A stretch of DNA of 58,940 nucleotides, counting the filler, from Sphacelaria rigidula (taxonomy: Eukaryota): assembly GCA_964200075.2 (NCBI GenBank). It is 10 parts of 10 records of this genome, joined end to end, with 100 filler letters (N's around TTAATTAATTAA, not from the genome) between each part and the next. Parts side by side here need not be neighbours in the genome. Positions count along the whole stretch, not along the records: positions 23,619 to 29,422 come from CAXNAA020024342.1; positions 29,523 to 35,326 come from CAXNAA020024343.1; positions 35,427 to 41,230 come from CAXNAA020024344.1; 7 more parts are not named here. One strand, written 5' to 3'. The stretch's first letter is position 1. Each line of letters starts with the position of its first letter. This document shows positions 25,150-37,326 of the stretch, piece by piece. The translations under genes and the position numbers were made by a program. Under the pieces are notes generated by a model that was not told where the DNA came from, did not search any database, and saw only the letters and a list, made by a program, of their open reading frames with translations.

Positions 25150-25854
25150 GTGAGACAAAATCCCGGGTTCTGAAGTCGGTGGGGGGGGAGAGGGATGGGG
25201 GGGTCCATTGAACTTCGGAAACTTGATATGCGTTACTGCGTGTACGCCAATTTAAAAGTACACAGCCGAGTTGAACCAACAACTGAAGAAATCTCTGATG
25301 AGATACGACTTGGGCACCTGTGTCCCCCCCAAATAAACTGTTTGGCATCCAGGGTCGCTTGGCTGGTGGGATTATGGGCCGATTCTGACGTTGTCGAGCA
25401 AGAGGGCGGGGAAAAGGACGAGGAGTTTTGCTCGCATGTTTATTCAATCTTTTCTCTCTATTTTGGGTCCATACGAATTATTGAACTTGAGAAATAATGT
25501 CTGCGAATATTTTTACTTGAGCGACACGTGAATTCCTCCCAGCACGTTGCTGCATGCGAATCGGGGTCCATTCGAGGGATGACATGATGACGACATGTAA
25601 AGTTACTTCTCGTGAAATAAAAGTGCATACCATGAACATATACCATGCCATGCTATACCATTCGTTTCCTGGACATCAAGGCGTGCACGTGTAGGGATGT
25701 ACGGGTTGTGTCGTCGCCAGTAAAGCCGGTATCATTTACTCAACACAAGCGTCGATTCTCTCTGCTTGCATTCGATCCAACTCTTGGACTTGGTGAGGTG
25801 AGTGTGAGTACTCACTACAAAACATACCCCGTCGTTCCCGATATTATCGCCTAG

Positions 25855-25917
25855 GTGAAGGCGGCTGCCCCGAAGCCTAAGGCTGCCCCGAAGCCGAAGC
25901 CAGCGAAGAGGGTTGCG
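25855..25917 (+). CDS. Exon VKAAAPKPKAAPKPKPAKRVA
   Basis: TAG/GTAAGC splice sites, 63 nt, phase 0. Confidence 0.8.
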
Positions 25918-26939
25918 GTAAGCTAAACTTTCCGGACAAGGGTTTCTTGAAGGGCCAGAGATGTTTCGGATCGGGAATCCCGCCATCCCACCCAATCACA
26001 ACAGCGCGGTGAAAATCACCTACCAACTCACCTTTGTCACTGTCACAAGTCCAATCCGCTATTCTAACAGCCAATAGGTGTACCATGCCGGTGTAATGCG
26101 GGTTCCCCGTGAAGTGCTGTCATGCCCGATTGACGACCTACTACCACTATACTGTGCTATTTTATGCTACCCTTGCCCTACTTGCCCCACGTATGCCTAT
26201 TCGTGAAGACGTGATTGGTGGGTGACATGTTGCCATAGCTTGGAACAGGAACCGTTAGACGTGTCGGGTGCTGTCCATAGAAGATATGAGTCGATACAAA
26301 GCCGACAGACTATGATAATTGCGACGGGCGATAATGGTTTGTGGCAAGGCCGAACTCACTAGGCATTAATTGGGGTTGTAGGAACGTGTCGCGCTTTCTC
26401 CGTTTTGCGTTGCCTTTTTGTCCACACGCACTCAGTAGAGGTATATAGTCCTAGCATCGCAACACTCTGAGTGAACAGACGGCGTGGCATGCCTTGACAC
26501 AACATTTGCTGCTCCCGTCGCATTCTGCTTGTCGCTGTTCTTGGTTGTCTTTCTCTACTCTGCTGTGTGCTGTGTATGTCGTGATCCAACTTTGCCGCCT
26601 CGGTCGGTGCGTTGCTAACTTGTGCGACTGGGAGTGAAGCCGGCGACATCGAGGTACGTGCATATTGTGGAGCATTAGAGTCTTTTTTTATTGAGCTCGA
26701 CACATGGCATGATTTCCCCCCTGGGGTACCTGGCTGTGGTGAAATGACGGGTGATACAGTGAAGGACGAAGATGACTGACTATCCACATCTTCGCCTATC
26801 GGCATTTTTTTCATGTGAACACTAGAGGAAATACTGTCAGCGAGCGACATTGATTACCGTCGTGCTTAGTGGGGTAAACCGCGCCATATGTTTTTTGAGA
26901 GCTAGAACTTTGAAACGCTCAAGTTTGTAGTCGAGGGGC

Positions 26940-28690
26940 CACCACAGCATGTGAACATGATCGAGATGCGCAGTGTAAATTATTTGGTATAGCGCACAGC
27001 AGTACGGTCATGGGTAAGATCGGTCGGATTATGGTTTCAGCACTACAAGTTGTGGTGATGACATAAGGGTAGTACGAGTACCTCAATCACGAGAGCACTT
27101 GTAGCGACAGATTTTCCGGTAGCAGACAGGATCAACAGAATCCATGTTCAACGTTACGGCGTGTCCCGTTCACGGTTGATACACCTGTTGACCTGTCCGA
27201 AGTTGCTTGTGCGCCTCCGCTCATGCGCCTACGTTGCCAGAGGTTGGCGACCAACATGTGTTTGATCGTTGTTTTCCGCCGTTTCGTGTGTTGACCGTTG
27301 ACAGCGTGCCCAAGGGGAACATCTCGAACATCCCCAAGGCGCTCTAAATCACCCCTCTGAGGCACGTCCCTTCAGTGGCTACTCGATGACGGCATAGTGG
27401 GGCGCTCCATGGAGGGTAAAATAGTTGCATATAGCTTGGCCGTACATGAGGGTTCACAGCGGTAAAACTCCACGGAGCCGCGATATTTTTTCCCCGCAAA
27501 TCTTGAGAAGGACGAGGGTGCTACCGCTACTATTTCAATGGAGCTTTCGAGTGCTTCGCAACGCGTCATTGTCCTCCTGTGCGCTCTAACACCCTGGTCC
27601 CACGCTTTGGAGATATTATTTCGAGTGTGCACTCGTAGGACTGAACACAGGCACTGTTCAATTACCTGACGTATGATAAATGAACGTATGTGCCCGGGCA
27701 ACCGCCTGTAGGTGATAACTCTTTACTCTGGCCGTGGTCAGCGGTACGTGGGTTCATACTCTCCTGAATTCGACAGTGTCGGTCTGTGGCTCGTGCGATG
27801 TCAAGATTGTCTTCTGGAGTGCGGGAAGAACACTGTCTGTCCATACGTTGTAGAGGTCGTGGTTGAGGCTGTCTCAGACTGTCGAGGTCGGATTTGCTCT
27901 GGTCCGGCCGTTCGTTGCTCTCGCGTTCCGCTTGCACCTGCGAACGTCGTGAATTATTTCTTCTCTTGAGGGTTGCCTCAGCATGGTGGAGGGGACCAAA
28001 GGCTGTGACTCGATCGCCTATAGAACACACGGTAACGGAACACTGTCAGGGCATGACGTTGTGTATATCAGCACGAGGAGGGACTGCACGTTTTTGTAGT
28101 GATTGTAGTGGTTGTAGTGAGCAGAGCGAGTTGGCGAACAGGATGTCGATGTTGGTGAGAGACGTTGACCGTTACCTCGAGTCGCAAGCTAACGGTTGGT
28201 GAAGAAGACTCGACCTTCACCACGACTCTCCGCCTCCCCCGTGTTTTAGGCACTTCTACAGAATGAAAGTTGAGCTACACAACAGCTCGTCCGGTGTTCG
28301 CTGTTGGGTCCTGATAATCGAGCACCCAGATCCCGTTCTGGTCGATTCGAGCCACGGAGTCGTTGAGACTCGGCTGGCTGATGTTTGCCGCGCTCTTGCG
28401 TTCGCTCCGTCTTTATTTCGACACACTTTCATCATAGATCCCCTCCATCCCTCGAAACGATTCAGTTGCGGGAGAGGATGAATCAGGCACCAATCCATAC
28501 GTTTTCCCCGGTGTGTGCTGAGCATCTTGGGTGTCGCGGACTGGATTAACTTGGATCAACGTCTCCGCGCACCGTGACGTCTCCCGTCGAGGTTTCACAT
28601 GTGAGACGAGTCATAACTCGTCGAACCGGGTGGACTTTTTGATGCTTTTGAAAACACAACGAGTATGATTCGAGAACTCACCCACTTGTT
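26940..28690 (-). mobile_element. Highly degraded non-LTR (LINE) ORF2 C-terminal region
   Basis: Broken long frames ending in a zinc-knuckle-like segment LVANLWQRRR...NVEHGFC. Confidence 0.35.
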
Positions 28691-28704
28691 TTTCTACAAT
28701 GTGT

Positions 28705-29041
28705 GCCGGTCGCCCCAGTGGCTCACTTGGCAATCTCGAAACCATCTGACGGTTAGGTTGTAGGTTCGAATCTCGGTGCAGTCACACGATTTCGGGATTT
28801 TTTTCTCACCATACTCAACAGTCGAGAGCGACTTGGTCGTGGGTGCACAGAACTCGACTTGACGGTCGACGAGGGAAAGGGACAGCCGGACCCCTCTAGC
28901 GACAGAAGAGAAAGACAAGCACCGCAGAAGGAAGGTGGGATACTAGGAAAAAGTATTGTGTTGATCCTCCTGTGTAACCCCGGCTGCTGCGCCCACACAT
29001 GCCGGAAGGTGTAGACTGGCGTCGAAAATAGATGGGATGAC

Positions 29042-29072
<31 letters not shown>
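28705..29072 (+). mobile_element. Full-length tRNA-derived SINE with (CA)n tail
   Basis: A box TGGCTCACTTGG (28719-28730), B box GGTTCGAATCT (28763-28773); body shared with 8931-9168 and 30551-30780. Confidence 0.85.
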
Positions 29073-29075
<3 letters not shown>

Positions 29076-29099
29076 ACGAGCAATGATTCGAGTGCTCGC

Positions 29100-29290
29100 G
29101 ACACTTTCTACGGCAGCCCCCCCCCCTTCCCCCCCTAAATCCATCTCTAAAGCGTCACGACAAAAATGGTCATACAGCGCCTGATGCCTAAGGTCATACT
29201 GGATAAAGCGCTTCATTTGGGCGACATTGTCGAGAATAAACCCAACCGTGGGGATTCCCAGCTGCTCGTTGTGCTCGGCTTTCTCCATTT
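29100..29290 (-). repeat. Dispersed repeat with residual coding signal, shared with 58773-58940
   Basis: AEHNEQLGIPTVGFILDNVAQMKRF versus AEHNEKLGILTLGFVLANVANMRRF. Confidence 0.8.
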
Positions 29291-29522
29291 CGATTCACGT
29301 GATGATTATGCCTCCCCAAACCAGGCATTTTTTCGGGGGGGGGGGGGGGGGGGTTTGGTTTGAGTCTCTGCGGACGAAGGATGTTCTATAGAACGAAGAC
29401 TGGGAACATAGAATTCACTGTCNNNNNNNNNNNNNNNNNNNNNNNNNNNNNNNNNNNNNNNNNNNNTTAATTAATTAANNNNNNNNNNNNNNNNNNNNNN
29501 NNNNNNNNNNNNNNNNNNNNNN

Positions 29523-29701
29523 GGTGTGTTGGTACTACAGTAGTATCATCGGCTATTGACAGAGTGCTTCGGCCTTGTAGGGATGCGAGGTCAATGGTCT
29601 TATGACTATGGCATGCATGATCATGAGTACACCCCTCTCGAAGAAGAAAGATCGAAGCACTCTGTCAATAGCCGATGATACTGCTGTAGTACCAACACAC
29701 C
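29523..29701. repeat. 49-bp near-perfect inverted repeat at contig start
   Basis: 29523-29571 versus 29653-29701, one mismatch. Confidence 0.92.
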
Positions 29702-29848
29702 AAATGACCAATCGTCACAAGTCTTATTCGTGTGTGACCACTGTGCTGTACTAGTGCAATACTTCGGCATACATTCTCCGCTTAGTATCCTCACGTTGTT
29801 CCCGTTTTTTGTTGTTGTTTGCTCTCTCCGCTTTTTTGGGGTCCTCAG

Positions 29849-30031
29849 GTTGTAGATCACCAACGTCTGTCGGCAGCAGGGTACTGCTACTCAGCCTCGG
29901 CGCCGCCCTTCGTCTCTGCAGCCGCGTCCTCTGCCCTGAGGATGCTCCGTGCGGAACCCGGGTTGGTGTCGGCCCTCAAGCAGAACGCCCAATTTTTACA
30001 CAAGGAGATTTCGGCTATTTCTGGCCTGACG
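29849..30031 (+). CDS. LCB1: Serine palmitoyltransferase subunit 1, internal exon
   Basis: VVDHQRLSAAGYCYSASAPPF matches the LCB1/SPTLC1 DHQRLS..GY.FSAS.PP motif; CAG/GTGC splice sites. Confidence 0.93.
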
Positions 30032-30550
30032 GTGCGACTTCGGCTATCTCTTGTCCCGTCATGATCCAACTAAATGCTGCTCAATAGAAATGCCACGGTA
30101 CTATCAAAGGAGTTGGACTCAGTGCTTGTTACGGTAGAGGTGGTCCGACCTACTGTATGTAGGGTATGTAGGGTGCGAAAATACTGTGTTACATATTGTT
30201 AGCTTTGTTAACGCTCTCAATGTTTTAGTTGTGATTTGCATGTTCCGTCCGCCATTTCGAAGATTTACGCAGGGACGCGAAGACGGACGCACGCGCGTTT
30301 TTTTTTTTGCATCTCGAGGCTCGCGCGAGGTCATATTTTTATTGACAGACGATGTTTTTTTTTTCTTCTTCTTTTGCCGCACTTTCTTTGGTGAGTTTCT
30401 TCGTGGTCTTTTGATAGCTTACTGTTCACGCTCATTCATCTCGAGGCTTGCGCGAAGCCATATTTTGTGGATAGACGACGTCTTCGTTTTTTTCTTTTTT
30501 TTTCTCCAGCCGCGCTCATTTTGATGATGTTTTTTTCGTCGTACAACCAT

Positions 30551-30780
30551 GTCGTGGGTACACAATAATCAATCTCACGGTCGACGAGGAAAAGAGACTG
30601 CTGAGACCCTCTCGCGATTAAAAATAAGGGCAAGCACCGCATAATGAAGGTGGTGTATTAGCACATAACAAGGAGGGGAAAACTCCTGTGTTGGCCTTCC
30701 TCCTGTGTGACCCCGGCTGGTGCGCCCACATGTACCGAAAGGTGTAGACCGGCGTCCAGAATATCTGGGACAACACATAC
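30551..30780 (+). mobile_element. 5'-truncated SINE copy in an LCB1 intron
   Basis: Matches the body of 28705-29072. Confidence 0.8.
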
Positions 30781-30806
30781 AAACAGCATAGGTTGCTCTT
30801 AGCTGG

Positions 30807-30840
<34 letters not shown>

Positions 30841-30948
30841 GCTGACCTTCGTCTTCGGATTTGTCGTCGCGTCGTCGATGTGCGCTAATGAAACGCCCCG
30901 CTGCTCGTTTTTCTGTTATCCCTCTTGTCATTTCGTCCTCTCTCAAAG

Positions 30949-31043
30949 GTAACAAGCTGCGAGCTGTCTCCCATTGTGCACGTAGGACTAGCCGACCACG
31001 ACGCGACCGATGCGAGATCCATCCTTCGGAGCATCGCGCTACG
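30949..31043 (+). CDS. LCB1: Serine palmitoyltransferase subunit 1, penultimate exon
   Basis: VTSCELSPIVHVGL...ILRSIALR; AAG/GTAGG splice sites; phases fit both neighbours. Confidence 0.88.
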
Positions 31044-32235
31044 GTAGGCATGCTAGTAATGATTTCAGTATCAAAGCGGGCGAATAAAAGTACCACGAGC
31101 GTAAATCTAGCTACAGTATCGAACTCAACGGCTGGTCGACTGCTTCGCTGGCCTGTCGCTCCTTCTCCCCTTGTGTACGACTAAGTCAAGCAACAGATGA
31201 GTACGCCTCCCCCGCCCCCTCCCAACCCTTTTGTTGGTTGGCGTCCGTTGGCAATTACGCTGTAGAACATGCCACCGACAGTGTAAGCTAGGCAACCAGG
31301 TTGTCGTTTTTGTTTTTGTGGTGACCATGATGGCGGTCGAGTTAAAGCATTTTGTGCGGGGTGGAGAAGCTCAACTCCGCGCAATGGGATGGCCGTAGTA
31401 CGTCGTTTGGAAATGGTGAGACTCATGAGGCAGTGTATAAGCTGTCGCTGTCTCTTGAAGTAGTGATACCAGAAAATGAAATAACTCATTCGGGGTAATC
31501 ATCCATATACAACATGATCAGTACGCCTCGCGCCTAGCAACCTTAGTAGGATGCAGGTCACCTCTTTCCGCGGTTCACCGAACACATCACGGCGATTTGT
31601 GCGTAGTGAGTGCAAGCCTGGTTTGGCGAAACACGGGCGACAACCGTCCCGACTGCGGCATGTAAGATCATGAGCCCCCCCCCCCCCCCCACTGCCCCCT
31701 CCACTGCCCCCACACTCCCCACACGCGTGCGCGAGGAGAAAGAAATTTCGCTCTGGCAGCAATGCAACTCCACCACAATTCATTTTAGCGTGGAATGAAG
31801 TCCTGCGAAAGCATGTCATTTACACGAGGTGAACGGTACAACCGGTGTGAGGGAGGGGGGCCGACACCTTGGCGCGCAGACAGGTTGTGTAGAATGGAAA
31901 TACTCCCAGTGACTTATTGTGCACAAACCTTCCCGGAAGATGAGAAGTCATGATCACGTGAGGTTAAGTAATCCGAACGTTTATTTTTGCCATCTTGAAT
32001 ACCGCACCTTGATCGACGGTATCGTTCGAAGTCGTGTGTTTTTTCGAAGACAAAGCTCGCCTGTACAATACAGTACTTCATATGCATACTCAAGTAACCC
32101 TGTTGAAGTATATTTTGTCATTGTCCACTCACTCGACCGGAAATCTTGAGTATCTCATGTCCTGCGAATTCTGCGATCCCCTCTTCCTCCATCCCTTCCT
32201 CACCCCCGTCGATTCATTCACCTCTGATTTATCAG

Positions 32236-32443
32236 GTGCGCACGTGAAGGTGTAGCGCTTACGGCGAGCACTTACATACCGTCGGAAAAGTTTCCACCCC
32301 CGCCTACCCTCCGAATCACCACGAACGCGTTGCACTCGAGAGACCAACTAGTGGAGGCTGTAAAAATTATCCAAGAGGCAACTGCGGCGCAACTCATGCC
32401 GGTTCCGGCTGCCGCAGCGGCGGCGGACGACGGAGGGTTATGA
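32236..32443 (+). CDS. LCB1: Serine palmitoyltransferase subunit 1, terminal exon
   Basis: CAREGVALTASTYIPSEKFPPPPTLRIT...* resembles the SPTLC1 C-terminus; CAG acceptor, TGA stop. Confidence 0.9.
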
Positions 32444-35400
32444 TAATACATTTTTTTTCGGGTGCGGGCGGGCGGGGGCGGACGGCGTTCTGTGTGTAGG
32501 TGATATTAGACACACGTGGGTTTTGTTTCTACAGCCCGGGTTAAGCATGATATTTATTTCCTAAACCTCGTGTTGTTCGCTTCCAAGCCCCCTTTTGTCG
32601 CGACCGCATTTGTTGGAAATTGTGTTCACGTGCTTCCATTCGATTTAGGCGTTTCGCTACACCTCTCATCTTCGGAAGAAGCGCTGGATCCATTTTGTTG
32701 GAGTACCAATACTTGTACAGGATACGTTCAGTAGCCCACGACCCCCCCACCCACGCCCCACCCCCAGCCTTTTCTCACGAGGCCAAGTTGGCGGGACGGG
32801 CGAGTGCGTCTGTGTGTCGTGTGTGACTGTACTGTGCTGCGCTGTGTGTGTGTGTGTGTTTGTGTGTAGAGTGACCACGTGCGTGCAGGATCTCGATTCG
32901 TGGGGTCTGCGTGGACCTGCGGAGAATAAATCGAGGTGGCGAGGAAATGGGTGGACTAGTGCGGGCGTGGGCTTGGTGAACTTTCCATGTACCTGGCGAG
33001 TTTTGGTTTGTGGACGTCACTTGTTCATGACAGTTCTGTTTGCATTTTCCTGCTCTGGTGCTCCCACCACATACCTACTCTAACCCCCATGCGACCAATA
33101 TTCTTCTTTTCGTTTCCCTCAGCCGGTGTTTTGACCACGCACGGTAGGTTTCTGGGGGGGAGGTGGCGTACTCATTCGTTGCTTGCCTTAGTCTTTTGAC
33201 CGTTGGCCACGCATTCCTTTCGAGACGGAGGGAGGGGATTGCTTCGGAGATTGCTTCGGGGACTGCTCGGGTATCATAATCGCCCTCCTATTCTGTGGGT
33301 ACACCACTGGCAAAATGGCTTACAGGCGTGAGGCTGAATGAAGTACGAGGCCACACCAGCGACATACATGGCGATCAATGTGATACGTCTACGTTGCCTG
33401 TGTTTTCCAAGCTGAGATAGTCCTTTGGTACACTAGCGTGTTATGTTGTTGTCGTGTCGTGTAGCGAGTACTACGAGCGGACCATCCATCATTGGTGTTT
33501 TGCGTTTAAAACCTGTTTTTTTGTGCGTTTGGGGTCAAAAAGGCGGACAGTAGCGGATGGATAGCGCCATCTCTGCGCGTAGTTTGTTCTTATTTTTGTC
33601 GGCCAAGGCTAAGATTGCAAAGCCTATGTGTTTGTGAGTCACGATGGTCGTGGCAAGGGGTCCCGCGAGTTTTGTCGATAACGTAGCGAGCTTTTCGCGA
33701 CATCGGCATCTTGGAGGTGAATATTCCCACTCACAACTTCCATTTTATTGCGATCCCGTCGAAAATCGCACCCAACAACAAAGTCATGGACCGATTATCG
33801 TCGTTTGTTCTTTTCCTTGCCCGTATATGCTATCAAAACTTTGACTGCAAGTACGTCCGAGTTTGGTGTCAATAAATTGTGTGTGTCGTTGCCTTTTATT
33901 TTTCGTAGTCACAACACCTCACCCCCCTCCGCGCGCCCTTCTTTTGACGAGTCCGTGGTCTCATGGAGTTCTCTCAGGGGCACCTGAGAGGTATCCGTGT
34001 GGAAAATAAAAAAATGGCGGTGGTGGTGGCGGTGATCCCCTGTCATTCCACGGGCCAAACCCTTGCACTTTTTCAAATCAAGTGTCCTTCACGCTAGAAA
34101 CCACCTCATTGCGCATCTATACAGGCTGGTTCACGGTGATCACCCAAAATTGTGTCATCAGCAAATGCCTTCCGCAATACGCACCCAATAGTCGCATATA
34201 TGGTATCATACTGACCGCAATGAAGAGACGAAGATGGTGACATAGCCGAATTTTTGTTTANNNNNNNNNNACTGTTCCGAGATCTAAATTACCAATACTA
34301 AGCCCATATTTCACCCAATCTCTACATGGTTTAAATCGTAGTAACCGTCATTGACACGGGAATCTAACGAGAAAATCATATTCTTGAAACGGTTACTACG
34401 GGGGTCGAATTATTCCCGAAACCGTGATGTTTCGGTGATGTCGGATGTTGGTGTCGTCTTATTTCCACTAATGATACGCACGAAAGACTCAGGGAGCCTT
34501 GTGACGGTATCCCCTATATCTGTTGTAGAAAAGCTCAGATCACCCTCAAACTCGGCAGTTCCGTAGGTGTTGATGCTCATAATGGAAAAGTTGTATTCTT
34601 GGCAATATATAATGTTTACTTCGTTCTCTATCGGCTTCCGGGGGTCCCAGCATGAAGACCCCCAGAAGGCGGTACATAATGCCCTAAACAAGAAATGATG
34701 AAATGATGCGTCCTGGGAGAGTCCAAGGATCACATGTACAGAGTTTGGTGGAGAAACTCGAAAACCTCATCCAGTTTTTCTTGCCTTGACGTCAAATTCA
34801 CCCCAAAAGATGTTTCCACACTAAAACCAAGTAGTTAGGAGTTGCACGTTTCAAGCCCACGTCCTCCACAAACGCGCAAACTTTCACGCTTTCATGAGGA
34901 GTTAGATGCTGAAACTTTGCATAAATATGCTATGTATCATTAAGCAACTTTCTATGGACGACGTGTTTTGTACTTCTTGAGGTTTTCACCGTTTTTCGGG
35001 GGTCCGAGGGGATCGAAGTCGTTTTTCGAAGTGGTCTCCGTTTTGGGACCCCCAAAAAATGGCACTACGATATTTTTTTCATTTTTTCGCAAACTATTTG
35101 CCTCCGCATAACCCAAGGATGGGCTCCACAAAGATTCGTCGCAAAACTCAATCAACTGATGCTTGACTTTGCATGTTCAAGTAAAAAAAGGCCCCAAAAC
35201 GCGGTTTTGTTACTAAAATCAAGTAGTTTACGGTTTCACCGCGGTACGGCAAACTTCATCGCACAAAGGCCAAATACTTCACGCCGTTTTGAGGAGTTGG
35301 ACCCTGAAAGTTTGCACGAATGTTCTNNNNNNNNNNNNNNNNNNNNNNNNNNNNNNNNNNNNNNNNNNNNTTAATTAATTAANNNNNNNNNNNNNNNNNN

Positions 35401-35707
35401 NNNNNNNNNNNNNNNNNNNNNNNNNNGGGGGGGGGTACATAAGGTCTCGGAGTTTTGTTTTTGGGCACCCGTGTTCTAGATGGCATAATCGATACGACAA
35501 ACGAGCGTGAATCATATGTCATAACAGCGAAAATAGGAGCACTGAAGATCAAGGCCTGAAAAAAGTGCCCCAAAATCATCTTTGCGTGTAATATTTTTTT
35601 TCCAGTCCGGAGTGGAACATATCGAGTGCATGTCCCGTTGACTCAGGTACGTGCAAAGGCATGGCACACGACTCAACACTATCAAAGGTGAACCTGAGGA
35701 AATCATC

Positions 35708-35858
35708 CACACCCTGGACAATCACCAAGAGATTACATTATCAAAAAGTGTACTGCTCACAGTATCGCCTACTGCGTCTACTGTATTGCAACAGACAATA
35801 TAGATTCCATCTGTACGCAGTACACCTTCTGACTTTGTAATCTATTGTCCCGGGCGTG
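35708..35858. mobile_element. Diverged copy of the palindromic CACACCCTGGACAAT MITE
   Basis: Same termini as 36921-37058. Confidence 0.7.
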
Positions 35859-36920
35859 AAATCTTTGCCTCCGCAAAATCAGAAGCGCAAAGCTAGAGTC
35901 GTAGCTGCTCATTAGCTGAGCACGTTGTGCGTGACCTTGCTCGAGTTTGTTAAGGCATCAGTGAGAAACGATGATTGTGTGACACGCGCGCACGGCACGC
36001 GCACGCAAGGAGCCATCAACGGCACAGTTTTTCGGTTCAAATGTTACACGCACGTGGCCGCCTTTCATCCACTACAGAGCGGATTCCCATCAAACAAAGA
36101 CTGCCGTGTTTAGATGAGCAAGGGCTAGCGCTGGAGCTAACTTATGCGCGAGTCGTGGGTATCTGTGCGCGTTTGTTCGGGGTTCGGTGTGCAGGTGTTG
36201 TGCTGCTTTGCTGCGTCCTTGTCTGTAGCGGTACAGAAATGTTGCACCAACGATCCGTTCCAGAAACCGCCGCATTTCTGAACCTGTGTGCAGATCTGGC
36301 CTTCGATCTAGACAAAAATGTTCTTGAGAAGACTCGAACAGGTCGTTATGGACACATTTTTTTTGTCGAAGAGGATTTTGAAAATTGCGATTGATTGAAT
36401 CGTCTCCGATGAGAATCCGTCTCACGATTACTCCTGGAAGGCTCTGAACATTGTTTTTCTAGGCGCTGGCCAAAAGAAGGTATACCTTGTACCCGCAACT
36501 CTGCATCTTCGCCAAGAACCATCCCGCTGGTGTCATTCCGTCTCCTTGCGCTCATGTGTGGAAAGGAAGCGACAGTGCGTGTTCTTGTCGAAAATGTTGC
36601 TTAAATCGCGCCAGATCCACGTGGCATGTCATTTTTCCGCCGCGAAGAACTCTTTGACCTTTATACCCTCGGGTGGCCAGAAGCTACAAGATATACTTCT
36701 TCCTGGCCATTGCACCCGGACTTACGTTCGGCAAGTGATGGACATCAGCCATGGCGTTGAATTTACGCGTTTCTCGCGGTTTCTCTTTTTTGTATGCTGT
36801 TAGAGCGTGTGTACCCGCCCAGTACACGCTGCCCCCATCAATGCAGCAGTCTTGTGATCAGAGATGTGAACGCTAAGCAAACGAAATGAGCCTTCAATAT
36901 ATCGAATGCATGATGTATTG

Positions 36921-37058
36921 CACACCCTGGACAATAGACTACATTGCCCAAAAATATACTGCGTACAGTATAGGATCTATTGTCTATTGTAATAGACCAT
37001 AGATCCCATACTGTACGCAGTATATTTTTTGGCAATGTAATCTATTGTCCAGGGTGTG
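36921..37058. mobile_element. Near-perfect palindromic MITE (~68-bp arms)
   Basis: CACACCCTGGACAATAGA...TCTATTGTCCAGGGTGTG with almost no loop. Confidence 0.85.
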
Positions 37059-37220
37059 ATGTATCGAACTGAAGAATATTTGAGGTGTCTAGGACGACTT
37101 GCACATATTCACTAAGTTGCGCAAGGGAACAGAGGGCTACTGTAACTGACGCGGTCTGGAATTTCCCTCCTTCCCGTTTGATCGTTTTTTGCCTTTTGAC
37201 ACTCGGCGTCGTTTGTGCAG

Positions 37221-37326
37221 AAAACTGGTGCATGAGGGTGTGAATCCCGACGAGAACACGGGCGCTATCCTTACACCAATCGTGCTGTCTACGACCTTCG
37301 TACAGGAGTCGGTTGAAAGCTACCTC
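37221..37326 (+). CDS. Cys/Met-metabolism PLP enzyme (cystathionine gamma-lyase/synthase family), exon
   Basis: KLVHEGVNPDENTGAILTPIVLSTTFVQES; CAG/GTGAGT splice sites. Confidence 0.93.

Noticed and set aside
28705..28790. Functional tRNA gene
   Set aside because: No convincing cloverleaf; it continues directly into a SINE body.
31177..31212. Hammerhead ribozyme in the small dispersed element (CAGATGAG)
   Set aside because: CTGANGA is not conserved and no GAAAC/GTC stem III can be built.
34410..34733. Possible minus-strand exon (YGTAEFEGDLSF...)
   Set aside because: No recognisable family and no partner exon could be joined.
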